A stretch of DNA of 64,000 nt from the NCBI GenBank assembly GCA_002269645.1, contig NIVC01001845.1, forward strand, positions 62,001 through 126,000, given 5' to 3'. Position 1 is the first letter of the stretch. Each line of letters starts with the position of its first letter. The position numbers and the translations under genes were made by a program. Origin of the DNA: Macrostomum lignano (taxonomy: Eukaryota). The notes beneath the pieces were generated by a model. It was not told the origin of the DNA. It ran no database searches and was given only the letters and a program-made list of their open reading frames with translations. Shown here one piece after another: positions 29,469 through 43,199 of the stretch.

Positions 29469-29898
29469 CTGGGTTACATGTAGACATGTAGACGCATTTG
29501 TTTGTAACCACTGGGTTCGATTACAAGGACGAACAGCAAGGGAAGAAGGCGGTTCAACAACTGAGCAGGCATTTCATCCACTTATGCCGCGCTCCTCCTG
29601 CTTTGCAGAGTTCGTGTTTGCCAAGGCGTCCCGCCCCATCCATACACTATGAATAGATTCGGCAAACACGCCAGCCATGATGCTGCCATTGAGACATTGC
29701 CAGGCACCAAACGCATGCCGTACTCACGGGTTCAGCCAAGGCGACCCAGAACCAGTAGTCTGGATTCACGATTCATTCTCACGACATAATGCGGTCTGAC
29801 TGCCGTGTTTCTGCAGTTTCCATAAAAATGAAAGGATTATGCTTCATTTCGAAAATTAATAAGTTTTTAGTGCACAATAATACGAGTGTAATAGCAAT

Positions 29899-29961
29899 TT
29901 GATTACACCTGCCCTAATGGCCAGATGTGCAACTGACAGCACAGCCGCAGCTATTGCGCGG
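29899..29961 (-). mobile_element. 3-prime fragment of the same SINE family as 11451-11755
   Basis: ttgattacacctgccc..ggccagatgtgcaactgacagcacagccgcagctattgcgcgg aligns with 11463-11525. Confidence 0.85.
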
Positions 29962-31512
29962 ATCCCCCTAGGCACAACCCCCTGGCACAACCCCACAAGG
30001 CACAACCCCCTAGACACAACCCCCTAGGCACAACCCCCTAGGCACAACCCCCTAGACACACCCCCTAGACACAACCCCTAGACACAGCCCCTAGACACAC
30101 CCCCTAGACACAACCCCTAGACACAACCCCCTAGACACACCCCCTAGACACAGCCCCCTAGACACAACCCCCTAGACACAACCCCCTAGACACAACCCCT
30201 AGACACAGCCCCCTAGACACAACCCCTAGACACAACCCCCTAGGCACAACCCCTAGACACACCCCCTAGACACAGCCCCCTAGACACAGCCCCCTAGACA
30301 CAACCCCCTAGACACAACCCCCTAGACACAGCCCCTAGACACAACCCCTAGACACAACCCCCTAGGCACAACCTCCAGGCACAACCCCCTAGACACAACC
30401 CCTAGGCACAACCTCCAGGCACAACCCCCTGGCACAACCCCACAAGGCACAACCCCCTAGGCACAACCTCTAGGCACAACCCCCTGGCACAACCCCACAA
30501 GGCACAACCCCCCTAGGCTACAACCCCCCTAGGCTACAACCCCCCTAGGCTACAACCCCCTGGGCTACAACCCCCCTAGGCTACAAACCCTTAGGCTAAA
30601 AACCCCTAGGCTACAAACCCCTAAGCTACAACCCCCCTAGGCTACAACCCCCTAAGCTACAACCCCCTAGGCTACAACCCCCTGGGCTACAAACCCCTAG
30701 GCTACAAACCCCTAGGCTACAAACCCCTAGGCTACAACCCCCTAGGCTACAACCCCCCTAGGCTACAACCCCCCTGGGCTACAACCCCCTAGGCTACAAA
30801 CCCCTAGGCTACAAACCCCTAAGCTACAACCCCCCTAGGCTACAACCCCCCTAAGCTACAACCCCCTAGGCTACAACCCCCTGGGCTACAAACCCCTAGG
30901 CTACAACCCCCTAGGCTACAAACCCCTAGGCTACAACCCCCCTAGGCTACAACCCCCTAGGCTACAACCCCCCTGGGCTACAACCCCCTAGGCTACAAAC
31001 CCTTAGGCTACAAACCCTTAGGCTACAAACCCCTAGGCTACAAACCCTTAGGCTAAAAACCCCTAGGCTACAAACCCCTAAGCTACAACCCCCCTAGGCT
31101 ACAACCCCCCTAAGCTACAAACCCCCCTAGGCTACAAACCCCTAAGCTACAACCCCCCTAGGCTACAACCCCCTAAGCTACAAACCCCCCTAGGCTACAA
31201 ACCCCCTAGGCTACAACCCCCTAGGCTACAAACCCCCTAGGCTACAAACCCCCCTAGGCTACAAACCCCCTAGGCTACAAACCCCCTAGGCTACAAACCC
31301 CCTAGGCTACAACCCCTAGGCTACAAACCCCCTAGGCTACAACCCCCCTAAGCTACAAACCCCCCTAGGCTACAAACCCCTAAGCTACAACCCCCTAGGC
31401 TACAACCCCCCTAAGCTACAAACCCCCTAGGCTACAAACCCCCTAGGCTACAACCCCCTAGGCTACAACCCCCCCCCCTAGGCTACAATCCAACTAGGCA
31501 CAACCCTCAAGG
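29962..31512. repeat. 1.5-kb minisatellite of about 14-16-bp units CTAG(A/G)CACAACCCC, then CTAGGCTACAACCCC
   Basis: Direct read; the unit matches the SINE 5-prime end. Confidence 0.96.
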
Positions 31513-33029
31513 CACGGGGGGATAATAACTAATATTAATGATTATTATTGACTAAAAAAACTGTCATATTTTCTAAGTAAAGCAAGCATCTTTGACCAAG
31601 CTTAGACCGATATTAGCCAGTCGAACCTAAAATCGTGAAAGAAAAGATTTAGCTTTTGTTTCTAAACAGTGAGCGATCTGAGGAAGAGCTCTCGAGCCAT
31701 GTCATGGTTCTAGACCTCCTTGGGTTCAGCCAATGCAGCTGAACGAGTATCATGCAGTGTGTGTCTTAGCGGCCTGGCTGCAGGTTGGAGACAAAATGAA
31801 TAATTCATCAGCTAGTTAATGGGGTGGGGATTAACGGCTGCCGCCCCTCTAATTGTCACGAATTGGTCCTAAAAATCAGAATGGGGGCATGATTGAGAGT
31901 GGGACTCATGCTTACTATAAATAGGTTGATCCGAAACCCTTGATTTCAATGCAGTGTATTCTCACATTGAGAAACGCATCAAGACGTCTTGAAGAGATTT
32001 TTTTACCAATCAAAAATTTCAACTAGCATTCGTACTTGATGACTCCCGGGTTTACTTTCGATGTGCAATCAGTGTGCTTTTCTCCCACGCAGAAAAATAC
32101 TTAATATTGCAAGTTAATAAAAAAACAGCTCTTTTTCTGTTTTACCAGCTAATGCTGGACGAAAGTGAACCGAAAATAGACTTTTACTTTCTACATTCAG
32201 ATCTATTTTTATCGCATCAGCATGCACCCCTGATATTCAGTGACAGCGTGGGGCAAGTCCTTAAATGGCATTCGCGAGTCAGGGCAACAGTACACGGCTT
32301 TGCATAATGTAGAAATTTAGTGATAGTGGACTAGTTCAGCTCCCCCTTTGGAAGCTTCGACCTAAAACACTTTCAATAGCTTAATTAGTATAATGTTCTC
32401 CCCCCCCATCATTTGAGTCTCCATAGGTCACGAAAACCAGCAAAACTAGGTCTGTGAGGCTTGGGACCTAGCTTGGTCTCTAGTCTTTATTATAATTATA
32501 TTGAAATCACGAATCATTGTGGAAAAATAAAGTACGATCGTATGAGGTACGTAGGCTCGTACAGATGATTCATAGATAAATCTACAGATGATCTATAGAT
32601 AGATCTACAGATGATTACTAGATTGATCTACAGATGATTCATAGATTGATCTACAGTTAGTTCTATAGATAATCCATAGATAGATCTACTGTACAGATGA
32701 TCCACAGATTATTCATAGATAGACCTACAGTTGATTCCTAGATAGATCTATGAATTAGTTATGAATAGATAGATCTATGAATCATAGATAGATAGATCTT
32801 TGCAGAAAAATTCTAATGAAAGAGGAGACAGCTGCTGCTTCAGCGATTGTAAGAAACTTATTTAGGTCTCTTGTATTGCATAACTGCCTCATCATCCTCT
32901 GTCTTTTTAAAGGGAATAACCTGTTAGTGGGGCAAAGGGGTTTTTAAAGGGAAAGTTAAAGGGAAAAGCATCGTAAAAATAAATTTTGCTAATTGAATTG
33001 TTTCAATTCATCGATCTCAGCATCCTCCA

Positions 33030-33488
33030 TATAGCAAGCATCCCCCAGACAGCAAGCATCCCCCAGACAGCAAGCATCCCCCAGACAACAAGCATCCCCC
33101 AGACAGCAAGCATCCCCCAGACAGCAAGCATCCCCCAGACAGCAAGCATCCCCCAGACAGCAAGCATCCCCCAGACAGCAAGCATCCCCCAGACAGCAAG
33201 CATCCCCCAGACAGCAAGCATCCCCCAGACAGCAAGCATCCCCCAGACAGCAAGCATCCCCCAGACAGCAAGCATCCCCCAGACAGCAAGCATCCCCCAG
33301 ACAGCAAGCATCCCCCAGACAGCAAGCATCCCCCAGACAGCAAGCATCCCCCAGACAGCAAGCATCCCCCAGACAGCAAGTATCCCCCAGACAGCAAGCA
33401 TCCCCCAGACAGCAAGCATCCCCCAGACAGCAAGTATCCCCCAGACAGCAAGCATCCCCCAGACAGCAAGCATCCCCCAGACAGCAAG
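33030..33488. repeat. 18-bp minisatellite AGCAAGCATCCCCCAGAC
   Basis: About 25 near-perfect copies. Confidence 0.97.
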
Positions 33489-34571
33489 GGACCTTCAAGT
33501 ACCTGCCGATCTCTGCCTCAACCAGTGTTTCAAAGCATTGGTTCTTCATCACCAGGCATTGCATTTCGTGGCGATATTAATTTTCACTGCAATTTCAACT
33601 GCAGATGTCAAGAATCGGACGGTTTCATCACCAAGTCAGCTGCTAGAAATCTGGACGACAAATCTAGAAATTTAGGAAGGCAAAAGCAGAAATATGAAAG
33701 ATCAGACTATGTATGCTAAGAGAACGTTTTTAGGACCTGCAGACCCCTATAACAAATTTACGTATCAAGTACAGAAAGTCGGACATCTTCAATGCGTAGT
33801 TTTTTAGGTCGAAGGGACGTCTCTGAGACGGATGAAATTCAATTTATGATCCAATATATAAGAAGACTTGTTTCTTTAAATTTAGAAATTTTTCTTTGAG
33901 CGCATAAATAATAATGATTTCGTAACTTTGGTTTGTAAGCAAATTTTGCTCTTCCCAGCTAAATCCATGCTGTTGCCAAATGGAACTTCTCAACTTGTTC
34001 GGCTTCACTTTCAGTTTGCCTGACCAAGAACCGGTGAGGGGGGAGCAACCAGGCAAAATTAATATATTTGTAATTGCTTTGAAGCAGGGCTTCGAATATT
34101 GCAACGATTGCTTTGATTTTACCATTTCCTTTAAAGCAATGAAATTTTGTTTGAAATCAGAAATATTAACAAATTTTCAGCGCCAGAAAACAGAGGTATT
34201 TTATCCAGGGAAAATATTGACTGCCAATCGTTAAACTTCATTCTCTGTAGCCAGCAGACTGTCACGAATTCAGGAAATTAAAATTGCTCTTCATTTTAAT
34301 AATTTCTTCCTATTTAGGATATTTTTACTGATATGGAACAATGGGCTTGAATATCCTTGATACGGATGAGGCAGACTGAAGCTGTGACTGCGTTCTGCTT
34401 ACTGGAGCAGAAGTCATCCTCTAAATTATTAAAATCTTTCATGCTGTCTGACACAGGACCCTGACTTCGTACTCTTAGTAATGTAGTCAGGTTCTTTATT
34501 TTATTTTATTTTAACTTAGTGAAATTTATTCAAAATCTCATGTGAGTATTTTTTCATTCAGAGTGGTTTCT

Positions 34572-35702
34572 GGGTGTCTCATTCAGATGGGTGTCTCATT
34601 CAGATAGGTGTCCCATTCAGATGGGTGTCTCATTCAGATGGGTGTCTCATTCAGTTGGGTGTCTCATTCAGATGGGTGTCTCATTCAGATTAGTGTCTCA
34701 TTCAGATGGGTGTCTCATTCAGATGGGTGTCTCATTCAGATGGGTGTCTCATTCAGATGGGTGTCTCATTCAGATAGGTGTCTCATTCAGATGGGTGTCT
34801 CATTCAGATGGGTGTCTCATTCAGATGGGTGTCTCATTCAGATGGGTGTCTCATTCAGATGGGTGTCTCATTCAGATGGGTGTCTCATTCAGATGGGTGT
34901 CTCATTCAGATGGGTGTCTCATTCAGATGGGTGTCTCATTCAGATGGGTGTCTCATTCAGATGGGTGTCTCATTCAGATGGGTGTCTCATTCAGATGGGT
35001 GTCTCATTCAGATGGGTGTCTCATTCAGATGGGTGTCTCATTCAGATGGGTGTCTCATTCAGATGGGTGTCTCATTCAGATGGGTGTCTCATTCAGATGG
35101 GTGTCTCATTCAGATGGGTGTCTCATTCAGATGGGTGTCTCATTCAGATGGGTGTCTCATTCAGATGGGTGTCTCATTCAGATGGGTGTCTCATTCAGAT
35201 GGGTGTCTCATTCAGATGGGTGTCTCATTCAGATGGGTGTCTCATTCAGATGGGTGTCTCATTCAGATGGGTGTCTCATTCAGATGGGTGTCTCATTCAG
35301 ATGGGTGTCTCATTCAGATGGGTGTCTCATTCAGATGGGTGTCTCATTCAGATAGGTGTCTCATTCAGATGGGTGTCTCATTCAGATGGGTGTCTCATTC
35401 AGATGGGTGTCTCATTCAGATAGGTGTCTCATTCAGATGGGTGTCTCATTCAGATGGGTGTCTCATTCAGATGGGTGTCTCATTCAGATGGGTGTCTCAT
35501 TCAGATGGGTGTCTCATTCAGATGGGTGTCTCATTCAGATGGGTGTCTCATTCAGATGGGTGTCTCATTCAGATGGGTGTCTCATTCAGATGGGTGTCTC
35601 ATTCAGATGGGTGTCTCATTCAGATGGGTGTCTCATTCAGATGGGTGTCTCATTCAGATGGGTGTCTCATTCAGATGGGTGTCTCATTCAGATGGGTGTC
35701 TC
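34572..35702. repeat. 17-bp minisatellite TGGGTGTCTCATTCAGA
   Basis: About 66 near-perfect copies. Confidence 0.98.
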
Positions 35703-36531
35703 GCAGAACACGGCTACTAAAAGCCGCCCAGAGTTGGGAGGCACCCCGGTCTCTCCCACTCTCCCCATTAAGATGCTTCAGTGCAGTCTCGGGCGCTTGT
35801 CGGGTTTGATTTTATTAGGCCGCATCCTGAGCAGTGCTCAGCTCTTGCACTATTAACGTTGAAGCTGTAACGGGTGATCTGAGCACGGGCAAAACTAAGG
35901 CAAAACATTCACAGACTGGCGCGCCCTTCTGACAGTTTCTCGCTGTCTCGGCTCCCCATGCCCGGAGCGATTTCCCAGTTCTAGGAGAAAACTGCTCCAT
36001 AAAGAAGCAGATCTTCAAAAAATGTTGCAATATTTACGGAGTGTTATGTACTGATAAAACGGCAACTTTCAGCGGTCCTTGAGTCAGATGCGTTTATCAT
36101 TGAGCTGCCCCGCCCCCCCCCACATATGAGCTCTCGAACGAAAAAGTCTGTCTACACAAGTTTAAAATGCAATGCATACGAGTAATGAGGTTGCTGCATG
36201 TCCCTCGTTTTACTACTATTGAAAGTTTTTGTAATAAAAGTTTTACCGAATCCAAGTCCTAGAAATCGACACGGAATTGCTGGCAATCTCGTTCTAACCA
36301 GTCACCTGCGTGAATGGAATGCTTACTAAAGGGCACACAAAAGCCAAACCGGAAGCAATATACGACCGTATATACATTTGCAAGCGAATTTTTTAAACCA
36401 GTTCCTTCAAAGAGTGACTTGCTCTGGAATAATTAAATAGCAACAGTTCTTGCTGCTAGGGCATCTCGCGATTCCAAGTGGCCAAAATCTATCTGCATCC
36501 ACTCGCATTGAAAGTCTGTCCGCCTGACTCC

Positions 36532-37075
36532 TCACTGACCGCCTCCTTCGTGGCCTATCAGGTAAGCATCGTCCAGCGAGTAGAGCGTCTTTGACCGCGT
36601 CATCGACGGCTGGTGGCAGGAGCCGTCCAAGCGTTGGTAGAGACTGGCGGCGGTCGGCAGCGGAGGCGGCATCGGTGGTGACACATCAATGCTTGCTGCA
36701 CACGGTGCAGTCTGGACCAACGGTAGCTCAGCTGATGCTCTTGCAGCCGCCTCGCCTCTGCCGTTCACCGGCGCCACCATCGCTGAGGATGACGAAGAAT
36801 TCGCTGCCGCTGTCCGATGCTTCCACAGGAGATTCTTCAACAGCAGGAGTAGCACTTCGAATAATTCGCAGAGGCCAACGACGGAGACGCCGAGGTAGAG
36901 TCCCATCAAGCCTCCAATGTCGGAGAGAAGCTGCGACAGCGGGTACTCCGGCTCTTCGTAGACAACTTCGACGCGCTCCCTTGAAGCCACCATGATGAAG
37001 TTGCTGAGCTCGAGGCGAGCTCGGCGCAGCATGGGACCTGACTCCGGAGGTATGTTGCTGTCGTTCGTGACTGAT
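36532..37075 (-). CDS. DEG/ENaC channel, last exon (TM2 and cytoplasmic tail)
   Basis: Acceptor cccccag|A (phase 2); EEPEYPLSQLLSDIGGLMGLYLGVSVVGLCELFE contains the GxS selectivity-filter motif. Confidence 0.88.
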
Positions 37076-37134
37076 CTGGGGGCATAGTATTGCGATTAAT
37101 GGAGTCAATAAAAGGAATAAAGAGCAATATAGAC

Positions 37135-38497
37135 TTCTTTTATGTGCCGCTGTGTACTCCGAGGAAGACATCCTGGATCTGACTTTATGTGATGCACTGT
37201 GCTCTGAGGAAGAGACCCTGGATCTGACTTATGTGACGCAGTGTACTCTGAGGAAGAGACCCTGGATCTGACTTATGTGACGCAGTGTACTCTGAAGAAG
37301 ACATCCTGGATCTGACTTATGTGACGCAGTGTACTCTAAGGAAGACATCCTGGATCTGACTTTATGTGATGCACTGTGCTCTGAGGAAGACATCCTGGAT
37401 CTGACTTTATGTGACGCAGTGTACTCTGAGGAAGAGACCCTGGATCTGACTTATGTGACGCAGTGTACTCTGAAGAAGACATCCTGGATCTGACTTATGT
37501 GACGCAGTGTACTCTGAAGAAGACATCCTGGATCTGACTTATGTGACGCAGTGTACTCTAAGGAAGACATCCTGGATCTGACTTTATGTGATGCACTGTG
37601 CTCTGAGGAAGACATCCTGGATCTGACTTTATGTGACGCAGTGTACTCTGAGGAAGAGACCCTGGATCTGACTTATGTGACGCAGTGTACTCTGAAGAAG
37701 ACATCCTGGATCTGACTTATGTGACGCAGTGTACTCTGAAGAAGACATCCTGGATCTGACTTATGTGACGCAGTGTACTCTAAGGAAGACATCCTGGATC
37801 TGACTTTATGTGATGCACTGTGCTCTGAGGAAGACATCCTGGATCTGACTTTATGTGACGCAGTGTACTCTGAGGAAGAGACCCTGGATCTGACTTATGT
37901 GACGCAGTGTACTCTGAAGAAGACATCCTGGATCTGACTTATGTGACGCAGTGTACTCTGAGGAAGAGACCCTGGATCTGACTTTATGTGACGCAGTGTA
38001 CTCTGAGGAAGAGACCCTGGATCTGACTTATGTGACGCAGTGTACTCTGAGGAAGAGACCCTGGATCTGACTTATGTGACGCAGTGTACTCTGAGGAAGA
38101 GATCCTGGATCTGACTTTATGTGATGCACTGTGCTCTGAGGAAGAGATCCTAGATCTGACTTTATGTGACGCAGTGTACTCTGAGGAAGAGATCCTGGAT
38201 CTGACTTTATGTGACGCAGTGTTCTCTGAAGAAGACATCCTGGATCTGATTTTATGTGCCGCAGTGTACTCTGAGGAAGACATCCTGGATCTGACTTTAT
38301 GTGATGCACTGTGCTCTGAGGAAGAGATCCTAGATCTGACTTTATGTGACGCAGTGTACTCTGAGGAAGAGATCCTGGATCTGACTTTATGTGACGCAGT
38401 GTTCTCTGAAGAAGACATCCTGGATCTGATTTTATGTGCCGCAGTGTACTCTGAGGAAGACATCCTGGATCTGACTTTATGTGACGCTGTGTACTCT
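37135..38497. repeat. 44/45-bp minisatellite in the DEG/ENaC intron
   Basis: GTGTACTCTGAGGAAGAGATCCTGGATCTGACTTTATGTGACGCA, about 30 copies. Confidence 0.96.
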
Positions 38498-39217
38498 GGG
38501 GTAGGGATTCTAGAGTAGAATGTCTTCTGGTTTAGACATTCACATGTGAAGTTAAACGCAGTGCAGCTGCGCAGATAGCAAAGAAGTGATTCCCTCACCG
38601 AATTTTCGGACAAAAAATACAACTCTTTTTAGGGCCATTCCACCATGGCAAACCATCGCGCCCACGCAGTGGATGCTGAAGTGATGGGCAATTGCACACG
38701 CGGAGCTTCTGTTTATCTTTTTGTCGTCTAACAGCGCTGGGAAAGAATCCAAAGCTTCATCATCCTCTCCCAGCATCCGTCAAAGATGCCAAGTCCGGCA
38801 TTGGCTACCGGGGATCTATTCCGATTCCGGGCCATATCCTTCGCGACTTATCCCCCTCCCCGATTCGAGAGCCCAGCTGTGCTCCCTGACCCGTCAAGTC
38901 GGGACTGAGAAATAAAATTCTCGATGGTGAAGATGAAGAGTGGCCGCTGGCACCCCACAGCTTCGCTGATCAATTTCCCATTATCGGCATCACCCTCACT
39001 CCCTTTCCACTCTCGCTTTCTCCGCTCAATTTCTGGACTGCTTCGCCAAAAATAAAAGTTTCCCCTCGCTTGCGCGCACCGGACCGAAATTTCCTATTTC
39101 TTCTTTCCACACTGGTCCATCAGAATGCTTAACTGTTTTGCTGGGTTCGATCGAAGAAAACTGCTAGATGAAAACTCTTATTGAACCGCTTGGCGCAATT
39201 TTAATATCGTCTCCGCA

Positions 39218-39542
39218 AAAACTGGACCGCATCATTGTGTTCACAGAAACTGGACCGCATCATTGTGTTCGGGGAAACTGGACCGCATCATTGTGTTCGG
39301 GGAAATTGGACCGCATCATTGTGTTCGGAAAAATTGGACCGCATCATTGTGTTCGGGGAAATTGGACCGCATCATTGTGTTCGGGGAAACTGGACCGCAT
39401 CATTGTGTTCACAGAAACTGGACCGCATCATTGTGTTCACAGAAACTGGACCGCATCATTGTGTTCACAGAAACAGGATCTCATCATTGTGTTCGGGGAA
39501 AAAGGATCTCATCAGTGTTCGGGGAAACTGGACCGCATCAAT
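39218..39542. repeat. 28-bp minisatellite AACTGGACCGCATCATTGTGTTCGGGGA
   Basis: Direct read. Confidence 0.93.
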
Positions 39543-39939
39543 GTGTCCCGAAAAAAAACTTGACCACATTTCAAACCAAGTTTAGACCGATTAAGTTTTT
39601 CTCCTAAACATTTAGCAAATTTGGAAAGTTTGAAAATGTAAAATAAATAAAAAATCGGCAGCTTTAAAGTCTCACTTTATTGAGTCCCGGATGAAGCTAA
39701 CTCTTGCGGGATTGGCCGTCTCAGTCCACATCTCTCTATAGAGTTCGCGCTGTTTCTCCATCTCCCAAACGATCGAATCGCAGCGCTGTCGTTTCAGGTC
39801 GCCGCATTCTCTGCGCAGCCAGGGACTGAAGTTCGACCTGCGAGTTTTTAGCGATAGAATTTAAAGAGTAACAGTGATATTGTGCATGGTGGTCTTACTA
39901 CTATCGAATAGTTCTCACACTATAGAGCTCACACAGCAC

Positions 39940-40630
39940 GGCTACACTGAGTCACACACCGAAACGTCAAGCTACAGTGAGTCACACCGAAACTTCAAGC
40001 TACAGTGAGTCACACACCGAAACGTCAAGCTAGTGAGTCACACACTGAAACCTCCAAGCTACAGTGAGTCACACACCGAAACGTTAAGCTAGTGAGTCAC
40101 ACACTGAAACCTCTAAGCTACAGTGAGTCACACACCGAAACGTTAAGCTAGTGAGTCACACACCGAAACCTCCAAGCTACAGTGAGTCACACCGAAACCT
40201 CCAAGCTACAGTGAGTCACACCGAAACCTCCAAGCTACAGTGAGTCACACACTGAAACGTCAAGCTACAGTGAGTCACACCGAAACCTCCAAGCTACAGT
40301 GAGTCACACACCGAAACGTCAAGCTACAGTGAGTCAGACACCGAAACGTCAAGCTACAGCAAGTCACACACCGAAACGTCAAGCTACAGTGAGTCACACA
40401 CCGAAACGTCAAGCTACAGCAAGTCACACACCGAAACGTCAAGCTACAGTGAGTCACACACCGAAACGTCAAGCTACAGTGAGTCACACACCGAAACGTC
40501 AAGCTACAGTGAGTCACACACCAAAACGTCAAGCTACAGTGAGTCACACACCGAAACGTCAAGCTACAGTGAGTCACACACCAAAACGTCAAGCTACAGT
40601 GAGTCACACACCGAAACGTCAAGCTACAGC
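39940..40630. repeat. 30-bp minisatellite AGTGAGTCACACACCGAAACGTCAAGCTAC
   Basis: Direct read. Confidence 0.95.
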
Positions 40631-41837
40631 AACATTAGTCCTATGCTTCTTCAAACCGACAAACGAGTGCCTTTTTATGAGCAGAAGGCATACTACCATG
40701 ATCATCTTCCGAATCTTTTCGCGAGAAAAAAATCGTAAAAATCTGGGCAAAAAATGCAAACCAAAGCACCCGACACAAGCTCAACCGGCAGAAAACACGC
40801 AGCCTACGTAGACTGAGCCATCAATCAACTCAGAAATTCTCCTTATTTGTCCGTGGTCTTCTTGGCTGTTACTGGGCCCAGAAACTGTGCAACGCTAAAC
40901 TAATTTGGCTTGTTTCCGAGAGGGGGTGTCTTAGGTCCGGCGCCACTGCAGTTAGACTCTAATTCTGATTTATGGTGCGACAGAGTGGTTAGCTTCTGCT
41001 TGGTCGGACCTTTCCCAGGATATGTCTAATAAGGTAGCAAAAAAGGGAAGCTGGCAAAAGCCCTTCATACTTCTCCTACAGCCAACTGCGGTTTCCGAAA
41101 CTCTCAAAAACGAAGACGAAATGGCAGTTCTGTAGCTTCAAGCGTCACTTTTATAAAGTTCCTTCGTGTTTTTGTTCGCTAGACCCACGCCAGTTAATGG
41201 CGTCGTTCAGTCGTCAAAATAAACATTTTCTTTCTCTATTGTTTTAGTCCGGTGTTAGGCTTTCTGTTCTCCGGGGTCTTAATTTATCCGGGGGACATCG
41301 CAAAGCAAAATTATTGTCGCTTTGCGATAACCTACCCGGGATAATCCAAGGCACAACAAAATCGGGCTTTGAAATATCCTGGGTTTTAAATTGTCCGTGT
41401 GAATAAAGATTTGGGTGGCAAGGTGGTCAAGTTATTTACCTGATAAAGCGCATGTGAATGGGGAAGGACATCATTTCGAGAGAATGGGACTGACTCAGAG
41501 GCCAGGGAAGGGCCCTGACTGCACCTTAGACAGGGGAGGGGCAGATGAGGTGCAGTCTAAGAATAAATCGATAATGGACTGACGTCACATTGCTAGCATT
41601 ACAAGCGTACGTGTAATGAAGATCAGTGTGCGAGCTAATAGCCCACAAAGGAAAGTGTTGCGCAAATTACGAGTATATTACACGTAACTTTTAAGATATA
41701 TAGAGGTTATTTCTTGTTAAAGTTCTACGTTTAGGAAAATTTATCTCTCGGTGGATAAAGTATCGCTGAACCAAGTGTTTTTTTATGTTTTGAACGACGA
41801 GTATGTTGATAGAGAGATGTTGTATGTTGAGAGTATG

Positions 41838-41849
41838 TTGAGAGAGAGA

Positions 41850-41905
<56 letters not shown>
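41838..41905. repeat. (GA)n microsatellite
   Basis: Direct read. Confidence 0.95.
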
Positions 41906-41909
<4 letters not shown>

Positions 41910-43115
41910 GTTATTATATTATAAGAGAGAGACTACAGATAATACACGCTTGTAAAAAGAAAAATCAGAGAAAAGAGCAAAACCTTCACGCTTCATTCAG
42001 CGGATCGCCTGTTTTTGATTGATCGAATTACGTGTAGATTGGTGAATCAAGTAACAGTTTTCGGTTGACAATGTATAGTATCAATAGCTTTAATTTAACT
42101 TCTGTTTGGAGTGTGTGAAATGCAAAATAGTGATTGAAAAAACACTCGGTTAAAGAAGCATGACGCAGATGTTTGCCAATTGAAAAAGTAGCAAAAAGTT
42201 TTTTCTACTTTGTGAAAATTGATTTCGAAATTTTGCTATTCCTAACCCCGGATATCAGTAGCCGGATGTCCTAAAGCAAACTTCTGTCTCCGCAGACTGA
42301 CCCCTTTCTTTCAACCTACAGTCGGATATCCTGAGACAAGTTCCCCTTCTTGTGATCTCCGGGCCGGATAGCAGAGTCAGTGCCGTAGGATGTCCGGGAG
42401 AGACATCTCAAAGTGCCCGGACAATGCAATGCAGCTCAAGATATCCGGGAAGAAGAAAACAAAGCAGGTTTTTTGCTTGGCAGTATCCGGGCGGATATCA
42501 TAAGTGCGTTCGGATATCCGGGCCAGACGAAAAAAACCCCGGATAGTCTAAAGTGTCACACCGGCATTAAAAAACTTTCTGCTTTTTGCAGAGAAATTTC
42601 TGCTACCATAACTTTAATGAAGTGAACTAGTTGCTGGATGTCAGCTGTGGCTCTCTTCTCCCGTCCTATTTATCTTGTTCGCAGAGCTGCCTCAGTTTTC
42701 CAGACACCGGAAGCAAACGAAATGAGTCAGAGGCACGAAAACGTACCTATAGCTACGCAAGTAGCTCTGCTTTCATTTTTTTAATCTTTTTTCAAAATCT
42801 TAGCTGACAGCTAGCAGTCTAAGGCGTCGGCTCCAAGGTTGGTGACGCCTTATAGCTGACTTCCAGTCTAATAGAGCAGTTTAAGGCGTCGGTTCTAAGG
42901 CGCTGACGCCTTAGCTGATCGACTTCCAGTCTAATAGAACAGTCTAAGGCGTCGGTTACAAGGCTCTGCAGTGCTGACTTTTCTACTCTAATAAAACCGG
43001 GGCAAGATAAGTAGCGAGATGAATCGACTGAGGCAAAGAACGGGACCAGCGATGAGAAAGTGGGAAAATGAACAACATACTGCGGCTGTTGTCCTATGTT
43101 ACTGCGACTGATGTT

Positions 43116-43117
<2 letters not shown>

Positions 43118-43196
<79 letters not shown>
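43118..43196. repeat. (CT)n microsatellite
   Basis: Direct read. Confidence 0.97.

Positions 43197-43199
<3 letters not shown>

Noticed and set aside
32986-35809. QTASIP, CLGDAC and MGVSFRWVSHSDGCLIQ repeat ORFs
   Set aside because: They come from 18-bp and 17-bp tandem repeats open in several frames, with no synonymous-site bias or unique flanking domain.
37984-40811. Repeat ORFs in the 45-, 28- and 30-bp arrays
   Set aside because: They are intronic minisatellites; codon periodicity follows from unit length.
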